64,000 nucleotides of DNA from Hydrurus foetidus. Its lineage: Eukaryota. The notes under the pieces were generated by a model, which saw only the letters and a program-made list of their open reading frames with translations, searched no databases and had not been told where the DNA came from. Positions 1-11,131 of the stretch are shown piece by piece. The stretch is from positions 1 through 64,000 of the forward strand of contig UYFQ01000478.1 in the NCBI GenBank assembly GCA_900617105.1. The letters are read 5' to 3'. Numbering within the stretch: position 1 is the stretch's first letter; each line of letters starts with the position of its first letter. The translations under genes were made by a program, and so were the position numbers.

Positions 1-1305
1 CTTGTCCACCAGGGCCGTTCCCTGTTCCACGCGTTCTACGCTGGCTCCGATGAGGGATTTGATTTCTTTGGCCGCTTCGGCAGACCGTCCGGCTAATGAT
101 CGGACTTCTGAGGCAACGACGGCAAAGCCTCTTCCTTGTTCTCCGGCCCTGGCGGCTTCTACGGCTGCATTCAAAGCCAGGATGTTGGTCTGGAAGGCGA
201 TTCCGTCGATGACGCTGATGATGTCAGCGATCTTTCTACTGCTCTCGTTGATGCCTTTCATGGTTTCAACGACTTGGCCGACGACTTCTCCGCCTTGAAT
301 GGCAACTGTTGAAGCATTCATGGCCAATTGATTGGCCTGGCGGGCGGAGTCTGCGTTTTGTTTGACGGTGGAGCCTAGTTCTTCCATGCTGGCAGCGGTT
401 TCTTCCAGGGCGCTGGCCTGTTGTTCTGTGCGGGCAGAGAGGTCGTGGTTGCCTTGGGCGATTTCGGCACTGGCGGTGGCTACGGATTCGCTGCCTTGGC
501 GCACGCTGGAGACGACCCGTGACAGGCTGGTGCGCATCACTTCCATGGCCCGCAGCAGCTGGGCGGGTTCGTCATTGCCCTGCACGCGCAGGGGCCGTAC
601 CAAGTTTCCTGCCGCAAAGTCCTCGGCGGCCTGCACGGCAAACGCCAGCGGACGCGTGATCTGGCGCGAAATCCACACGCCCAGCACGATGGCCAGCAAT
701 ACAGACACGCTCACCACTGCACTAACAGCCATGCGCGCAGAACCGTAGGTGCTGTGGGCGGCTTCCCGCGCGGCACGGGCGCCGCTCACACTGAGTGCGG
801 TCATATCGGCCATCGTGGCCTGCAGGGCACGGAATGCGGTTCTGGAATCGCCGCGCACATAGACCGATGTGGCATCCATTTCGGACGGGCCAATGTCTGA
901 CAGCTGCAGCAATTTGGTGTCGGTTTCATAGTAGGCCTTGAGCTGCAGGCTATAGGCATCCCACGCTTTGCGCTCCTGGGGAGAGTCCACCAGAGCAAGG
1001 AATTTTTGCCCCACTTCTTCCATCTTGCGTTTGTTGGTGGCGATGCGTTCCGCCTCAGGTTTTTTGTCCTCAGGCGCCACGGCCATGGCGTGCAACACCT
1101 CGGCGCTACGTGCCTCGTTCAGGTAAGTTTGCATTTCGCCCAGGTACTGCACGCTGGGCAACCACTTGTCGGCAAGGTCTTCGGTATTGCCATTGATATG
1201 GGCCATCTGCAGCAGCGCAAAGCCACCCGCGATCGCGGTCATCAGCACCAGCACCGCAAAAATAATTCCCAGCTTGACGCTGATCTTGAAATTGGTAAAA
1301 GCCAT
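1..1305 (-). CDS. Methyl-accepting chemotaxis protein (3' end runs off the window)
   Basis: Hand translation from ATG 1305 ([16 protein letters not shown]...) is open to position 1: TM1, periplasmic domain, TM2, HAMP, then the signalling motif [30 protein letters not shown]. Confidence 0.92.
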   Translation of the reverse strand, partial: MAFTNFKISVKLGIIFAVLVLMTAIAGGFALLQMAHINGNTEDLADKWLPSVQYLGEMQTYLNEARSAEVLHAMAVAPEDKKPEAERIATNKRKMEEVGQKFLALVDSPQERKAWDAYSLQLKAYYETDTKLLQLSDIGPSEMDATSVYVRGDSRTAFRALQATMADMTALSVSGARAAREAAHSTYGSARMAVSAVVSVSVLLAIVLGVWISRQITRPLAFAVQAAEDFAAGNLVRPLRVQGNDEPAQLLRAMEVMRTSLSRVVSSVRQGSESVATASAEIAQGNHDLSARTEQQASALEETAASMEELGSTVKQNADSARQANQLAMNASTVAIQGGEVVGQVVETMKGINESSRKIADIISVIDGIAFQTNILALNAAVEAARAGEQGRGFAVVASEVRSLAGRSAEAAKEIKSLIGASVERVEQGTALVDK

Positions 1306-1521
1306 GTCTGTCAGACCCCACGCTGTAGTTGGCGCGCAATGCGCAGTCTCCCTGCGGGTTGGTCATTCGCGTGCGTGCGCATGCCAACTTTTGCGGCCAT
1401 GATGCCACTTTTCGATGCCAGAAACCAGGAAAAGAGAGCGGTTGACGCGCGGGTGACAGCGAATTGAACTACCCTGAGTTTCCATCTTGCACAGACCCCG
1501 CAAAAGCGAGGGGAAACCACT

Positions 1522-2457
1522 ATGCCGACACCCTGGTTTGAAGAATTTGAAGAACGCGACTTTGAGGTTAACGGCGTGCGCATCCGTGCCCGCGTTCCCT
1601 TGGCGCCACGCGGCGGACGGCCTGCCTTGCTGCTACTGCACGGTTTCCCACAAAGCCACGTGCTGTGGCACCGCGTGGCCCAGCAGTTACAAGACCGCTT
1701 CTACCTGGTGATGCCCGACCTGCGCGGCTACGGCGACTCGGCCAAGCCCGAAGGGCTGGCCGACCACAGCAACTACAGCAAGCGCACCCTGGCCCAAGAC
1801 ATGGTGGCCGTGATGGATGCGCTGGGCGTCGACCAGTTCGCCCTCTGTGGCCACGACCGTGGGGGCCGCGTCGCGCACCGCCTGGCCGTGGACCACCCGA
1901 ACCGGGTGACAGGCTTGTGCGTGATCGACATTGCGCCCACGCTGGACATGTACGCGGCCACCGACTTTGCCTATGCACGCGCCTACTACCACTGGTTTCA
2001 CCTGATCCAGCCCACGCCCCTGCCCGAGACCATGATTGGCGGCGCGCCATTGGCGTATTTGCATGCCAAGCTGGGCGGCTGGGGCTCTGGCGGCCTGGGC
2101 TACATCGAGCCGCAAGCACTGGCCGAGTACGACCGCTGCTTCACCCTGCCCGGCTCCATCCACGCCATGTGTGAGGACTACCGCGCCAGCGCCGACATCG
2201 ACCTGGACCATGACCGCGCCAGCCGTGCCCTACCGGGCAACGAAGGAAAAATTGCCTGCAACATGCTGGTCATCTGGGGCGAGCGCGGCGTGGTGCAACG
2301 CATGTTCCAGCCCGTGCCGCTATGGCAGGCCCAGTGCGCAGGCACGGTCAGTGGCAAAGGCTTGCCTGCAGGGCACTTCATCCCCGAAGAATTGCCCAGT
2401 GAGACCGCGCAATGTCTGGCGGAGTTCTTCTTGCAGAAGAGCCAGACCGTCGCTTGA
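1522..2457 (+). CDS. Alpha/beta hydrolase, haloacetate (fluoroacetate) dehalogenase-like
   Basis: HGFPQ oxyanion motif, GHDRGGRV Asp-nucleophile motif, YRA, C-terminal GHFIPEE. Confidence 0.85.
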   Translation: MPTPWFEEFEERDFEVNGVRIRARVPLAPRGGRPALLLLHGFPQSHVLWHRVAQQLQDRFYLVMPDLRGYGDSAKPEGLADHSNYSKRTLAQDMVAVMDALGVDQFALCGHDRGGRVAHRLAVDHPNRVTGLCVIDIAPTLDMYAATDFAYARAYYHWFHLIQPTPLPETMIGGAPLAYLHAKLGGWGSGGLGYIEPQALAEYDRCFTLPGSIHAMCEDYRASADIDLDHDRASRALPGNEGKIACNMLVIWGERGVVQRMFQPVPLWQAQCAGTVSGKGLPAGHFIPEELPSETAQCLAEFFLQKSQTVA

Positions 2458-2474
2458 TCAGGACCGCTGGGGCC

Positions 2475-3290
2475 TCAAGCCCCGTGGCACTTTTTGAATT
2501 TCTTGCCGCTGCCGCAATGGCACGGGTCATTGCGACCAGGTCCGGCTTCCTTGCGCACGGTTTCCACACGGGGGCCGAAGTTGCGCCATAGCTCGCGCAG
2601 GTCATAAGTAGCCCACACCCCATCGGCAAAGGCGTTGATGCGCGCCTGGCTCACGCTGGGCGGGCCGTCATCGTCAAATACCGACAGGGTGGGTTCGTCG
2701 GTGTCGTCTTCGGTCAGTGCCACGATGGACTGCAGCGCGGCGTCCAGCCACTTTTCAGCTTCCTTGTCGCGCGGCGCGGCCCACTCTTCGGGCCAGCTCT
2801 CTACCGCGAACATGAACCCTAAGGCCCACACCTGCGCAAACGACGGCAGCGCCTGGTCGGCCATGGCGGCGCGTTCTTCCTCAGGCAACCCGGCCACGGC
2901 GCCGCGCACGTCCATCACCTCGGGGTGGTAGGCGTTGTCCTCATCCAGGCTTTTCACTTCAGTATTGAGCCCGCGCACCACATCGTTCCAGCGTCGCGTC
3001 CACAGCGCTTGAAACTGCTGCGCCTGCTCCACGCTAGAGAAACCACCGGCATCGCCGTCTACAGGCATCTCCATTTCCAGCAACACGGGAAAGTACTCGG
3101 CCGGCGCAATCGGGCGGCGGCAGCACACCAGTGCGGCCATGAAGCCCTCACAAAACTCCCATTGGGGCGTTTCATCATTGCGGGATCGCAGGTCGTCAAG
3201 GATGGTGTCGATCGCGTCGAACTCATCGGGGGACAGGGCGTCCACATGAGTGCCGGAGGCTGCGTCTGCGGAGGGAGTAAGGGTAGACAT
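2475..3290 (-). CDS. YecA/UPF0149 family protein with C-terminal SEC-C motif
   Basis: C-terminal part of ORF 2475..4463; likely start MSTLTP at 3290; EGFMAALV and WALGFM motifs; ends GRNDPCHCGSGKKFKKCHG. Confidence 0.88.
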   Translation of the reverse strand: MSTLTPSADAASGTHVDALSPDEFDAIDTILDDLRSRNDETPQWEFCEGFMAALVCCRRPIAPAEYFPVLLEMEMPVDGDAGGFSSVEQAQQFQALWTRRWNDVVRGLNTEVKSLDEDNAYHPEVMDVRGAVAGLPEEERAAMADQALPSFAQVWALGFMFAVESWPEEWAAPRDKEAEKWLDAALQSIVALTEDDTDEPTLSVFDDDGPPSVSQARINAFADGVWATYDLRELWRNFGPRVETVRKEAGPGRNDPCHCGSGKKFKKCHGA

Positions 3291-3344
3291 AGGCTGTGCA
3301 AAAAGAGGGCAGGCTGGTATTGTCTCTCCGAACAAAGGGTTTTC

Positions 3345-4973
3345 ATGCTGAACATGCTCAATTCCATCTTCCCCATCCGATACACCGTCCTGGGGCTCAG
3401 CGCCTTTGCGTTTTTGCTCAGTGGTTTCAGTGTGGAGGTCTTTGGGGTCGGGTGGGGCACGCTGCTGCTGTCGGCCCTGCTGGTGGGCGTAGGCATTTAC
3501 GACCTGCGGCAGACCAAGCGCTCCATCTTGCGCAACTACCCCATCATTGGCCACATCCGCTTCATGCTGGAGTTTGTGCGGCCTGAGATTCGCCAGTATT
3601 TCATCGAAAGCGACAACGAGGCCACGCCGTTCTCGCGCTCGCAACGCTCGTTGGTCTATCAGCGCGCCAAGACCGAGCCCGACAAACGCCCGTTTGGCAC
3701 CCAGCTTGACGTGCACGCCGAGGGCTACGAGTGGATGAACCACTCGGTGGCACCCACCACGGTGGCGTCGCACGACTTCCGCATCACCATTGGCGCCGAC
3801 ACGGCCCAACCCTACAGCGCCAGCGTGTTCAACATCTCGGCCATGAGCTTTGGGGCGCTGAGTGCCAATGCCATCCTGGCACTCAACGCCGGCGCCAAAC
3901 GCGGCGGCTTTGCGCACGACACGGGCGAGGGTTCGATCTCGGTGCACCACCGCGTGCACGGCGGCGACCTGGTGTGGGAAGTGGCGTCGGGCTATTTTGG
4001 CTGCCGCAATGACGATGGCAGCTTCAACCCCGACAAGTTCAGCACCGAGGCGCGCGACCCGCAGGTCAAGCTGATCGAGCTCAAGCTCAGCCAGGGCGCC
4101 AAGCCCGGCCACGGCGGCATGCTGCCCGGCCCCAAGGTCACCGCAGAGATTGCCGCGGCGCGCGGTGTGCCCGAGGGCGTGGACTGCATTTCGCCCGCAG
4201 CGCACAGCGCCTTCTCCACCCCGGTGGAGATGATGCAGTTCATCGCCCGCCTGCGCGAACTCTCGGGCGGAAAACCCACGGGCTTCAAGCTCTGCATCGG
4301 CCACCCATGGGAATGGTTTGCCATGGTCAAGGCCATGCTGGAGACGGGCATTACGCCCGACTTCATCGTGGTGGACGGCGCCGAGGGGGGTACTGGTGCG
4401 GCACCGCTGGAATTCACCGACCACGTGGGCTCGCCGCTGCAAGAGGGGTTGCTGCTGGTGCACAACACCCTGCGCGGGGCCGGCCTGCGCGAACGCATCA
4501 AGATCGGCTGCGCGGGCAAGGTGGTCAGTGCGTTTGACATCGCGCGGCTGATGGCGCTAGGTGCCGACTGGTGCAACAGCGCGCGCGGCTTCATGTTTGC
4601 GCTGGGCTGCATCCAGGCGCAGCATTGCCACACAGGGGCCTGCCCCACGGGCGTGACCACGCAAGACCCGCTGCGCCAACAGTCGCTGGTAGTGCCCGAC
4701 AAGGCCGAGCGGGTCTACAACTTCCACCAGCAAACCCTGTACGCGCTCAGGGAGCTGGTGCAGGCCGCAGGCGTGTTGCACCCCAGCGAAATCACGGCCC
4801 ACCATATCGTGCGCCGCTCCACCGACCACAAGGTGAAGTCCCTGGCCCAACTGATTTTGACCCAACTGCCCAGCGGCGTCCTGCTGCAGGACAGCGTGGC
4901 CGCCCTGCCGCTGATCTACCGCCACAGCTGGCCCCGGGCCAGCGCGCGCAGCTTTGCAATGCAGGGGGACTAG
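3345..4973 (+). CDS. FMN-binding glutamate synthase family protein
   Basis: [39 protein letters not shown], and the Fe-S motif [16 protein letters not shown]-terminal TM segments. Confidence 0.9.
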   Translation: MLNMLNSIFPIRYTVLGLSAFAFLLSGFSVEVFGVGWGTLLLSALLVGVGIYDLRQTKRSILRNYPIIGHIRFMLEFVRPEIRQYFIESDNEATPFSRSQRSLVYQRAKTEPDKRPFGTQLDVHAEGYEWMNHSVAPTTVASHDFRITIGADTAQPYSASVFNISAMSFGALSANAILALNAGAKRGGFAHDTGEGSISVHHRVHGGDLVWEVASGYFGCRNDDGSFNPDKFSTEARDPQVKLIELKLSQGAKPGHGGMLPGPKVTAEIAAARGVPEGVDCISPAAHSAFSTPVEMMQFIARLRELSGGKPTGFKLCIGHPWEWFAMVKAMLETGITPDFIVVDGAEGGTGAAPLEFTDHVGSPLQEGLLLVHNTLRGAGLRERIKIGCAGKVVSAFDIARLMALGADWCNSARGFMFALGCIQAQHCHTGACPTGVTTQDPLRQQSLVVPDKAERVYNFHQQTLYALRELVQAAGVLHPSEITAHHIVRRSTDHKVKSLAQLILTQLPSGVLLQDSVAALPLIYRHSWPRASARSFAMQGD

Positions 4974-5044
4974 GTTCATTCATCCTGTTGCTGCAAGCGG
5001 CTTCGGAGTACAGTGGTTCGGACATAACGACGAGAGGAGACGCC

Positions 5045-6592
5045 ATGATGGGTAACAACGTGCGTATCGGAGCCCGATTGGGCTTGGCATTCGGGATCGT
5101 GCTGCTGATCACGGCGGTGATGGCACTGACTGGCGTATGGCGTCTGGGGGTCCTGAAAGACCAGGCCCACGCCCTGGCCTACACAGAAGTGGAACGCTCC
5201 TCGCTCGCCCAAAGGTGGGTGGAAAACATCCGCATCAACTGGGTGCGCACTTCGGCCGCACTGCATGCGTCGGACGCGGCCCATGCAAGCACGCTGCAAA
5301 AGGACATGGATACCACCTCCAGACTCATCAGCGACCTGCAAAAGCAGCTGGAGCCCCTGATCACCGATGACGCGGGCAAAGTCCTGTTCGCCGACATTGG
5401 CAAGCAGCGCGAGCTGTACCGAGGCCCGCGCACCGACCTGATGAAAAAGAAACAGGCCGGCGAGGACGTGAATGTCACAGTGGATACCATCCTGCTGCCC
5501 CTGGCCACCAACTACCTCAAGTCGCTGGACACCCTGATGGACCACATGGAGGACCAGCTCAAGGATGGCGTGGCCAAGACAGAGGCCGCAGCCAACAGCG
5601 GGCAGTGGATTCTGGGCGTAGGCGCCATCCTGTCGGCCGTCATCGGGCTCTCGCTGGCGGCGCTGGCTACCCGCTCCATCACCGGTCCCATCCAACACGC
5701 CGTGAAATCGGCCCAGGCCATCAGCGAGGGCGATCTGACGATCCACATCCAGCCCAACGGCTCGGACGAGGCGGCAGACATGATGCAGGCCCTGCGGGGC
5801 ATGCGGGACAACCTGGCGCACATGGTGGGTGGCGTGCGCGTGAGCGCCGAGGGTGTCTCCAGCGCCAGCTCTGAAATTGCGCAGGGTAACAACGACCTGT
5901 CAGCCCGCACCGAGCAGCAGGCCAGCGCCCTGCAGCAAACCGCAGCATCGATGGAAGAGCTCAGCGCCACCGTGCGCCAAAACGCCGACAGTGCGGCCCA
6001 GGCCAACCAGCTGGCCATGACCGCCTCCGCGGTGGCTGTGCGCGGTGGCGCAGTCGTGAGCCAGGTGGTGGAGACCATGAAGGGCATCCACGAAGCCTCC
6101 AACAGGATCGCCGACATCATCAGCGTGATCGACGGCATCGCGTTCCAGACCAACATCCTGGCGCTGAATGCCGCTGTGGAGGCTGCACGCGCGGGCGAGC
6201 AGGGCCGTGGCTTTGCCGTGGTGGCGTCCGAGGTGCGTGCCCTGGCAGGCCGTAGCGCCGAGGCCGCCAAGGAGATCAAACAGCTCATTGGCACCAGCGT
6301 GCAGCGGGTGGAGCACGGCACCGCCCTGGTAGACCAGGCCGGTGCCACCATGAGCGAGGTGGTGGACGCCATCCGCCGCGTGACCGATATCGTGGGCGAA
6401 ATCAGCGCGGCCAGTGGCGAGCAAGCCTCGGGCGTGACCCAAGTGGGCAACGCGGTGACGCAGATGGACCAAGCCACCCAGCAAAACGCCGCCCTGGTGG
6501 AAGAAATGGCCGCCGCGGCCAGCAGCCTGCGCTCGCAGGCGCGCGCGCTGGTGGAGGTGATGGCGGTCTTCAAGCTCACACGCACGGCCTGA
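5045..6592 (+). CDS. Methyl-accepting chemotaxis protein
   Basis: GAGGAG RBS upstream; TM-periplasmic-TM-HAMP-MCP signalling architecture. Confidence 0.93.
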   Translation: MMGNNVRIGARLGLAFGIVLLITAVMALTGVWRLGVLKDQAHALAYTEVERSSLAQRWVENIRINWVRTSAALHASDAAHASTLQKDMDTTSRLISDLQKQLEPLITDDAGKVLFADIGKQRELYRGPRTDLMKKKQAGEDVNVTVDTILLPLATNYLKSLDTLMDHMEDQLKDGVAKTEAAANSGQWILGVGAILSAVIGLSLAALATRSITGPIQHAVKSAQAISEGDLTIHIQPNGSDEAADMMQALRGMRDNLAHMVGGVRVSAEGVSSASSEIAQGNNDLSARTEQQASALQQTAASMEELSATVRQNADSAAQANQLAMTASAVAVRGGAVVSQVVETMKGIHEASNRIADIISVIDGIAFQTNILALNAAVEAARAGEQGRGFAVVASEVRALAGRSAEAAKEIKQLIGTSVQRVEHGTALVDQAGATMSEVVDAIRRVTDIVGEISAASGEQASGVTQVGNAVTQMDQATQQNAALVEEMAAAASSLRSQARALVEVMAVFKLTRTA

Positions 6593-6599
6593 ACGCCCC

Positions 6600-9410
6600 T
6601 TGGCCCTGCACCACCCTGCCCCTGTCCCATCTGCCCGCAAGTGGCAGTGGCGGGGCGCATGGCTTTTGGGGCTGCTCCTGTGTGCAGGGCCCGCAATAGC
6701 CCTCACAGCCCCCTCCCGGGTGCTGATGCTGGCGTCGTACCACGCGGGCATGCCCTGGAGTGACGCACAGATTGCCGGCGTACGCGCCCAACTGATGACG
6801 GTGGAGCCCCAGCTGGAACTGCAGCTGGATTTTTTGGACACCAAGCACGTTCAGCCCAGTGAGCGCTACTACCGACAGTTTGAAGACCTGCTGGTCACCA
6901 AGTACGGCAAGGCCCCGCCCACCGTGATCCTGGCAGCCGACGACGACGCCTTGGACCTGGCCCTGCGCGTACGCAAAAAGCACTTTCCAGGTGTCTCCAT
7001 CCTGTTCTCCGGTGTCTCCAGCAGCCGGCGTGCGGCCCTGTCGCAAGAACCGAACCTGGGCGGTGTCTTTGACGACCTGGACGTGGGCGACAGCCTGGAG
7101 CGCCTGTTGGACCTGCTGCCCAAGACCCGGCGCGTGGTCGTCATCCACGACCAGAGCCGCACCAGCCTGGCCCAGGTCGCGACCCTGCAAAACCGCCACA
7201 ACACGCACACCCAGGTCACGCTGGAATACCTGACCAACACCACCGTCGAGGCCATCGACCAGCGCCTGCGCCAACTTGGTTCCACCGACCTGGTGTTCGC
7301 CCTGCCCTTCAACCGCGATGCCAATGACCGCCTGCTCACGCACGAGGAAGCCGCCAGCCTGTGGGCTGCTGCCGCCCAAGCACCTCTAGCGGTCACGCGC
7401 AATGTGGCCATGCAGCCCGGCGTCATGGGTGGTTTTCTGATGTCGGGCTTTGAGCAGGGGCAAACCGTGGGCCGGCTGGCACTAGACCTACTGCATGGCC
7501 TGGCGCCCTCGCCTCTGCCCTTGATTGAAGGGGCGTCCCACGCCACCTTCGACTACGTCCAGATGCAGCGCTGGGGCGTGGATGAGTCACGTCTACCGGG
7601 AAACGCCACCATCCTCAACCGCCCCAGCGACACCTGGGAAGACTTACGCCCCCACCGGCCCTGGCTCTCCGTGCTCTTTGGCAGCTTGCTCATCATCATT
7701 GGCCTGCTGCTGTATGGGCTGCGGCTCAAGCACAGCTCGCAAACGGCGCTGCGCATCAGCGCGAAAAACTACCGCGAGCTGTTTGACAACTGCCCCGACG
7801 CCATCATGGTGCGTGATGTCGGCAATGGAGAGGTGGTGGAAATCAACCCGCGCTTTCAAGAGCTGTTTGGATACAACAGCGACGAGGTCCGACCACTGGA
7901 CCCGAGCGCGCTCAGCGTGAATGAGGTTCCCCACAGTGCTGCGGAGGCCCGGCAGTGGTACGAAAAAACCTGCAACGAAGGCCCACAGTTTTTTGAATGG
8001 CGCTCACGCCGCAAGGATGGCAGCATCTTTTGGTCCGAGATCTCCATGACGCGCTTTGACATGGCACAGGGCCTGCGCACGGTGTCCACCATCCGCGACA
8101 TCTCGGATCGCAAGCAGGCCGAGGCCATGGGCAAGGACTTTGAACACAGCCTGCAGCAGGTCTACCAAAACCTGCCTGTGGCGGTATTTGCCATCGACGC
8201 CCAGCACAAGATCACCTTCTGGAACCCGCAAATGACGCGCCTGACTGGCGTGGAGGCCGCCGACGTGGTGGGCACCACCGACACCTGGCGTGGCATTTAC
8301 CCCAGCCCCCGCCCCTGCCTGGTGGACGTGATGGTGGACGGTGCCACGCCCGAAGATGTGGCGCGCTACTACCCCGGCAAGCTACGCAAGAGCTCGGTGA
8401 TTCCTGGTGCCATTGAGGGCGAGGACTACTTTGCCAGCATGGACGGCAAGCGCGGCATGTGGGCCCGCTACTGCGCCGCGCCGCTGCGCGATGCGCAAGG
8501 CAATATCACCGGCGCCATCGAAACCCTGATGGACGTGACCCAGCTCAAGCGCACCCAGACCACGCTGGAAGAACTCAACCGCGACCTGGAAGCCCGGGTG
8601 GAGGCGCGCAACGCCGAACTCAAGCACGCCATGGGCCATCTGGTGCAGTCCGAAAAGCTGGCCGCGCTGGGCAGCCTGGTGGCCGGCATTGCGCACGAGC
8701 TCAACACCCCGATTGGCAATGTGATGGCCGTAGCCTCCACCCTCAAGGACGAGGTGGCCGACTTCAGCCAGCGCCTGCTCTCGGGCACCGCGCGCCGCTC
8801 TGACGTGGACAAGGGCGCGGCGCGCCTGCAAGAGGCCAGCACCCTGATCGAGCGCAACGCGGTGAAGGCCGCCAAGCTGATCAATGATTTCAAGGAAGTG
8901 GCGGTGGACCAGAGCAGCACGCGCCGGCGCACGTTTGCGCTGCACAGCGTGGTGGGCGAGGTGCTCACCACCACCCAGCCGGTGTTCAAGCATTCACAAC
9001 ACCAGCTGGAGGTAGACATTCCCACCGACCTGGTCCTGGACAGCTACCCGGGGCCGCTGGAGCAGGTGCTGACCAACTTTTTGGCCAACACGCTGAACCA
9101 CGGCTTTGAGGGCCTGTCCCACGGGTGCATCACCATCCACGCGCACCAGGAAGATGACGAGGTAGTGCTGGAGTACGCAGACAACGGCTGCGGCATCGCG
9201 CCGGGTAACCTGCAGCACATCTTCGAGCCCTTCTACACCACCAAGCTGGGCCGCGGCGGCAGCGGACTGGGGCTGTACATCGTCTACAACCTGGTCACCA
9301 ATGTGCTCAGTGGCAGCATTACCGCGCACAGCACGCCAGGCACCGGCACCCGCTTTGTGTTGCGCCTACCGGCCCAAGCCCCAGAGCAGAATGCGCCAAT
9401 GTCTTTGTGA
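6600..9410 (+). CDS. Sensor histidine kinase (periplasmic ABC-substrate-binding-like domain, 2 PAS, HisKA, HATPase)
   Basis: EKLAALGSLVAGIAHELNTP H-box; N, G1 (DNGCGI), F (FEPFYTTK) and G2 (GSGLGL) boxes; PAS/PAC segments. Confidence 0.9.
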   Translation: MALHHPAPVPSARKWQWRGAWLLGLLLCAGPAIALTAPSRVLMLASYHAGMPWSDAQIAGVRAQLMTVEPQLELQLDFLDTKHVQPSERYYRQFEDLLVTKYGKAPPTVILAADDDALDLALRVRKKHFPGVSILFSGVSSSRRAALSQEPNLGGVFDDLDVGDSLERLLDLLPKTRRVVVIHDQSRTSLAQVATLQNRHNTHTQVTLEYLTNTTVEAIDQRLRQLGSTDLVFALPFNRDANDRLLTHEEAASLWAAAAQAPLAVTRNVAMQPGVMGGFLMSGFEQGQTVGRLALDLLHGLAPSPLPLIEGASHATFDYVQMQRWGVDESRLPGNATILNRPSDTWEDLRPHRPWLSVLFGSLLIIIGLLLYGLRLKHSSQTALRISAKNYRELFDNCPDAIMVRDVGNGEVVEINPRFQELFGYNSDEVRPLDPSALSVNEVPHSAAEARQWYEKTCNEGPQFFEWRSRRKDGSIFWSEISMTRFDMAQGLRTVSTIRDISDRKQAEAMGKDFEHSLQQVYQNLPVAVFAIDAQHKITFWNPQMTRLTGVEAADVVGTTDTWRGIYPSPRPCLVDVMVDGATPEDVARYYPGKLRKSSVIPGAIEGEDYFASMDGKRGMWARYCAAPLRDAQGNITGAIETLMDVTQLKRTQTTLEELNRDLEARVEARNAELKHAMGHLVQSEKLAALGSLVAGIAHELNTPIGNVMAVASTLKDEVADFSQRLLSGTARRSDVDKGAARLQEASTLIERNAVKAAKLINDFKEVAVDQSSTRRRTFALHSVVGEVLTTTQPVFKHSQHQLEVDIPTDLVLDSYPGPLEQVLTNFLANTLNHGFEGLSHGCITIHAHQEDDEVVLEYADNGCGIAPGNLQHIFEPFYTTKLGRGGSGLGLYIVYNLVTNVLSGSITAHSTPGTGTRFVLRLPAQAPEQNAPMSL

Positions 9411-9414
9411 TCAA

Positions 9415-9479
9415 TGCTATCTATTCGATAGCTGCTCGCGCAGCAGCGCCGTGGGCTAGCAGTCGTTTTGCCATACAAA
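9415..9479 (+). repeat. Dispersed ~62-bp motif, copy 1 (overlaps 3' end of PIN gene)
   Basis: TGCTATCTATTCGATAGCTGCTCGCGCAGCAGCGCCGTGGGCTAGCAGTCGTTTTGCC aligns without gaps to the other copies. Confidence 0.8.
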
Positions 9480-9864
9480 GCACGGCGTTATCCTTGCTCA
9501 GCACCAGGCACCGCTGGGCCACGGCAAGATCAATGAATTTCTGATCGTCCGGGTCTTTGCAGGTCACGCTGGCTTTGGGCGGCACGTCCAGGGTCTGCAC
9601 CTGCGCATCACGCGCCTGCAGCACCTGCGCAGGCGTCAAACCGTAGAAAGTCAGGCGCTTGGCGATTTGCGGGTAGGCCAGCACGCGCTCCAGTTCGTCG
9701 CGCATGGGGTTTGTTGCCACCCACTGCAGGCGCCCGGCCTGCAAGGCTTCGCGCAGCGGGGGTGTGGCCGCATCGTTGAAGACCAGCAGGTCCAGCACGA
9801 TGTTGGTGTCCAGAATAATCTGGCCGACACCGTCAACCACACCTGCAGCCTGGCCCTCAGTCAT
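9421..9864 (-). CDS. PIN-domain protein (putative toxin-component family)
   Basis: ILDTNIVLD, CKDPDDQKFIDLA and LSKD acidic PIN motifs. Confidence 0.85.
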   Translation of the reverse strand: MTEGQAAGVVDGVGQIILDTNIVLDLLVFNDAATPPLREALQAGRLQWVATNPMRDELERVLAYPQIAKRLTFYGLTPAQVLQARDAQVQTLDVPPKASVTCKDPDDQKFIDLAVAQRCLVLSKDNAVLCMAKRLLAHGAAARAAIE

Positions 9865-11131
9865 TCGGTTCGTCAGAGACCTGCGGCGCAGCGCCTTTGG
9901 CCAAGCGGCCCTTGACCATGTCGAACTTGAACAGGCGGCACTCCAGCGGGCCGTTCCACATGGGCACGCGGCGCGATTCCTTGAGGCGCATCTTGCTGGG
10001 CAGCTTCAGGTCTGGCGTCAGAACCCAGGCGGTCCAGCCGCTGTAGTTCTTCTTCCAGTGGCTGGCCAACTGGTTGAAAAAGTCCACGCCGTCATCGGTC
10101 TGCGCCAGTTCACGGGCGCCGAAGCGCGCGCCTTCGCCTTCACCGGCTACGCCGCCAATGCCTATTCGTTCGCCATAGGGCGGGTTCAGCACCATCACGC
10201 CGCCACCCTCAATCGGGGGCATGCGCTGCAGCGCATCGCCGCCGCGGAACTCGATCACGTCGGCCACGCCAGCGCGCTGGGCGTTGCGCTGGGCAAAGTC
10301 GACCATGCGGTGCGACACATCGCTGCCATAGATCAGGGCGGTCTGGCCAGGCTCAGGCTTGACCACGGCCGCTGCCGCCTCGGCCTTCATGTCCGCCCAC
10401 TCCTGCGAACGGAAGGGTCGGTATTTTTCAAAGGCAAAACGGCGCAGCGAACCGGCCGCAATATTGCAGGCAATCTGCGCGGCCTCGATGGCCACGGTAC
10501 CGCTGCCGCAGCAGGGGTCGTACAGCGGCATCAGGTCGTCGTCACCCGAGGCCCAGCCGCTGGCGGCAATCATGGCCGCGGCCAGGGTTTCTTTCAGCGG
10601 CGCATCGCCCTTGTCCTCGCGCCAGCCGCGCTTGAACAGCGGCTCGCCCGAGGTGTCGATATACAGCGAGCAGTTGTCCGTGGTCAGGTGGGCGTAGATG
10701 CGCACATCGGGCCACTGCGTGTTCACGTCGGGGCGCACGCCATTTGCCACCTCGCGGAAGCGGTCACACACGGCATCTTTCACCTTCAGTGCAGCAAAGT
10801 TCAGCGAGGTCAGCGGGCTGTGCTGCGCGGTCACCTCGACCTTGATGCTTTCCTTGGGGGTGAACCACTGCTCCCACGGCACTTGCGTGCCCGCGCGGTA
10901 CAGGTCTTGTTCGCTGCGGTACTCGGTGTACGACACCAACACCAGCACGCGCTGCGCCAGGCGGCAGTACAGGTTGAGCAACATGGCGTGCGCAAACGAG
11001 GTGCGCACGGCCACGCCACCGCGCTGCTTGGTCACGCAGCCGGGCGGTAGGCCGGTGATCTGCAAGATCTCCGGCGCGAGGTACTCCTCCACGCCGGCGG
11101 CGCAAGGGAGAAAAAGAGTCAATTGGTTCAT
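9857..11131 (-). CDS. rlmL: THUMP-domain 23S rRNA m2G methyltransferase, RlmL-like
   Basis: DTSGEPLFKRGWR, APLKETLAAA, DPCCGSGT, NPPYGER; start MNQLTLF overlaps the rpoN stop. Confidence 0.85.
   Translation of the reverse strand: MNQLTLFLPCAAGVEEYLAPEILQITGLPPGCVTKQRGGVAVRTSFAHAMLLNLYCRLAQRVLVLVSYTEYRSEQDLYRAGTQVPWEQWFTPKESIKVEVTAQHSPLTSLNFAALKVKDAVCDRFREVANGVRPDVNTQWPDVRIYAHLTTDNCSLYIDTSGEPLFKRGWREDKGDAPLKETLAAAMIAASGWASGDDDLMPLYDPCCGSGTVAIEAAQIACNIAAGSLRRFAFEKYRPFRSQEWADMKAEAAAAVVKPEPGQTALIYGSDVSHRMVDFAQRNAQRAGVADVIEFRGGDALQRMPPIEGGGVMVLNPPYGERIGIGGVAGEGEGARFGARELAQTDDGVDFFNQLASHWKKNYSGWTAWVLTPDLKLPSKMRLKESRRVPMWNGPLECRLFKFDMVKGRLAKGAAPQVSDEPND

Noticed and set aside
3291..4463. N-terminal extension of ORF 2475..4463, and similar long antisense ORFs (15670..17922, 9704..11050, 22014..23498)
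   Set aside because: Antisense to well-supported genes; expected in high-GC DNA.
9421..9864. PIN gene as a complete toxin-antitoxin system
   Set aside because: No adjacent antitoxin-sized ORF; it is simply coupled to the rpoN-rlmL run.
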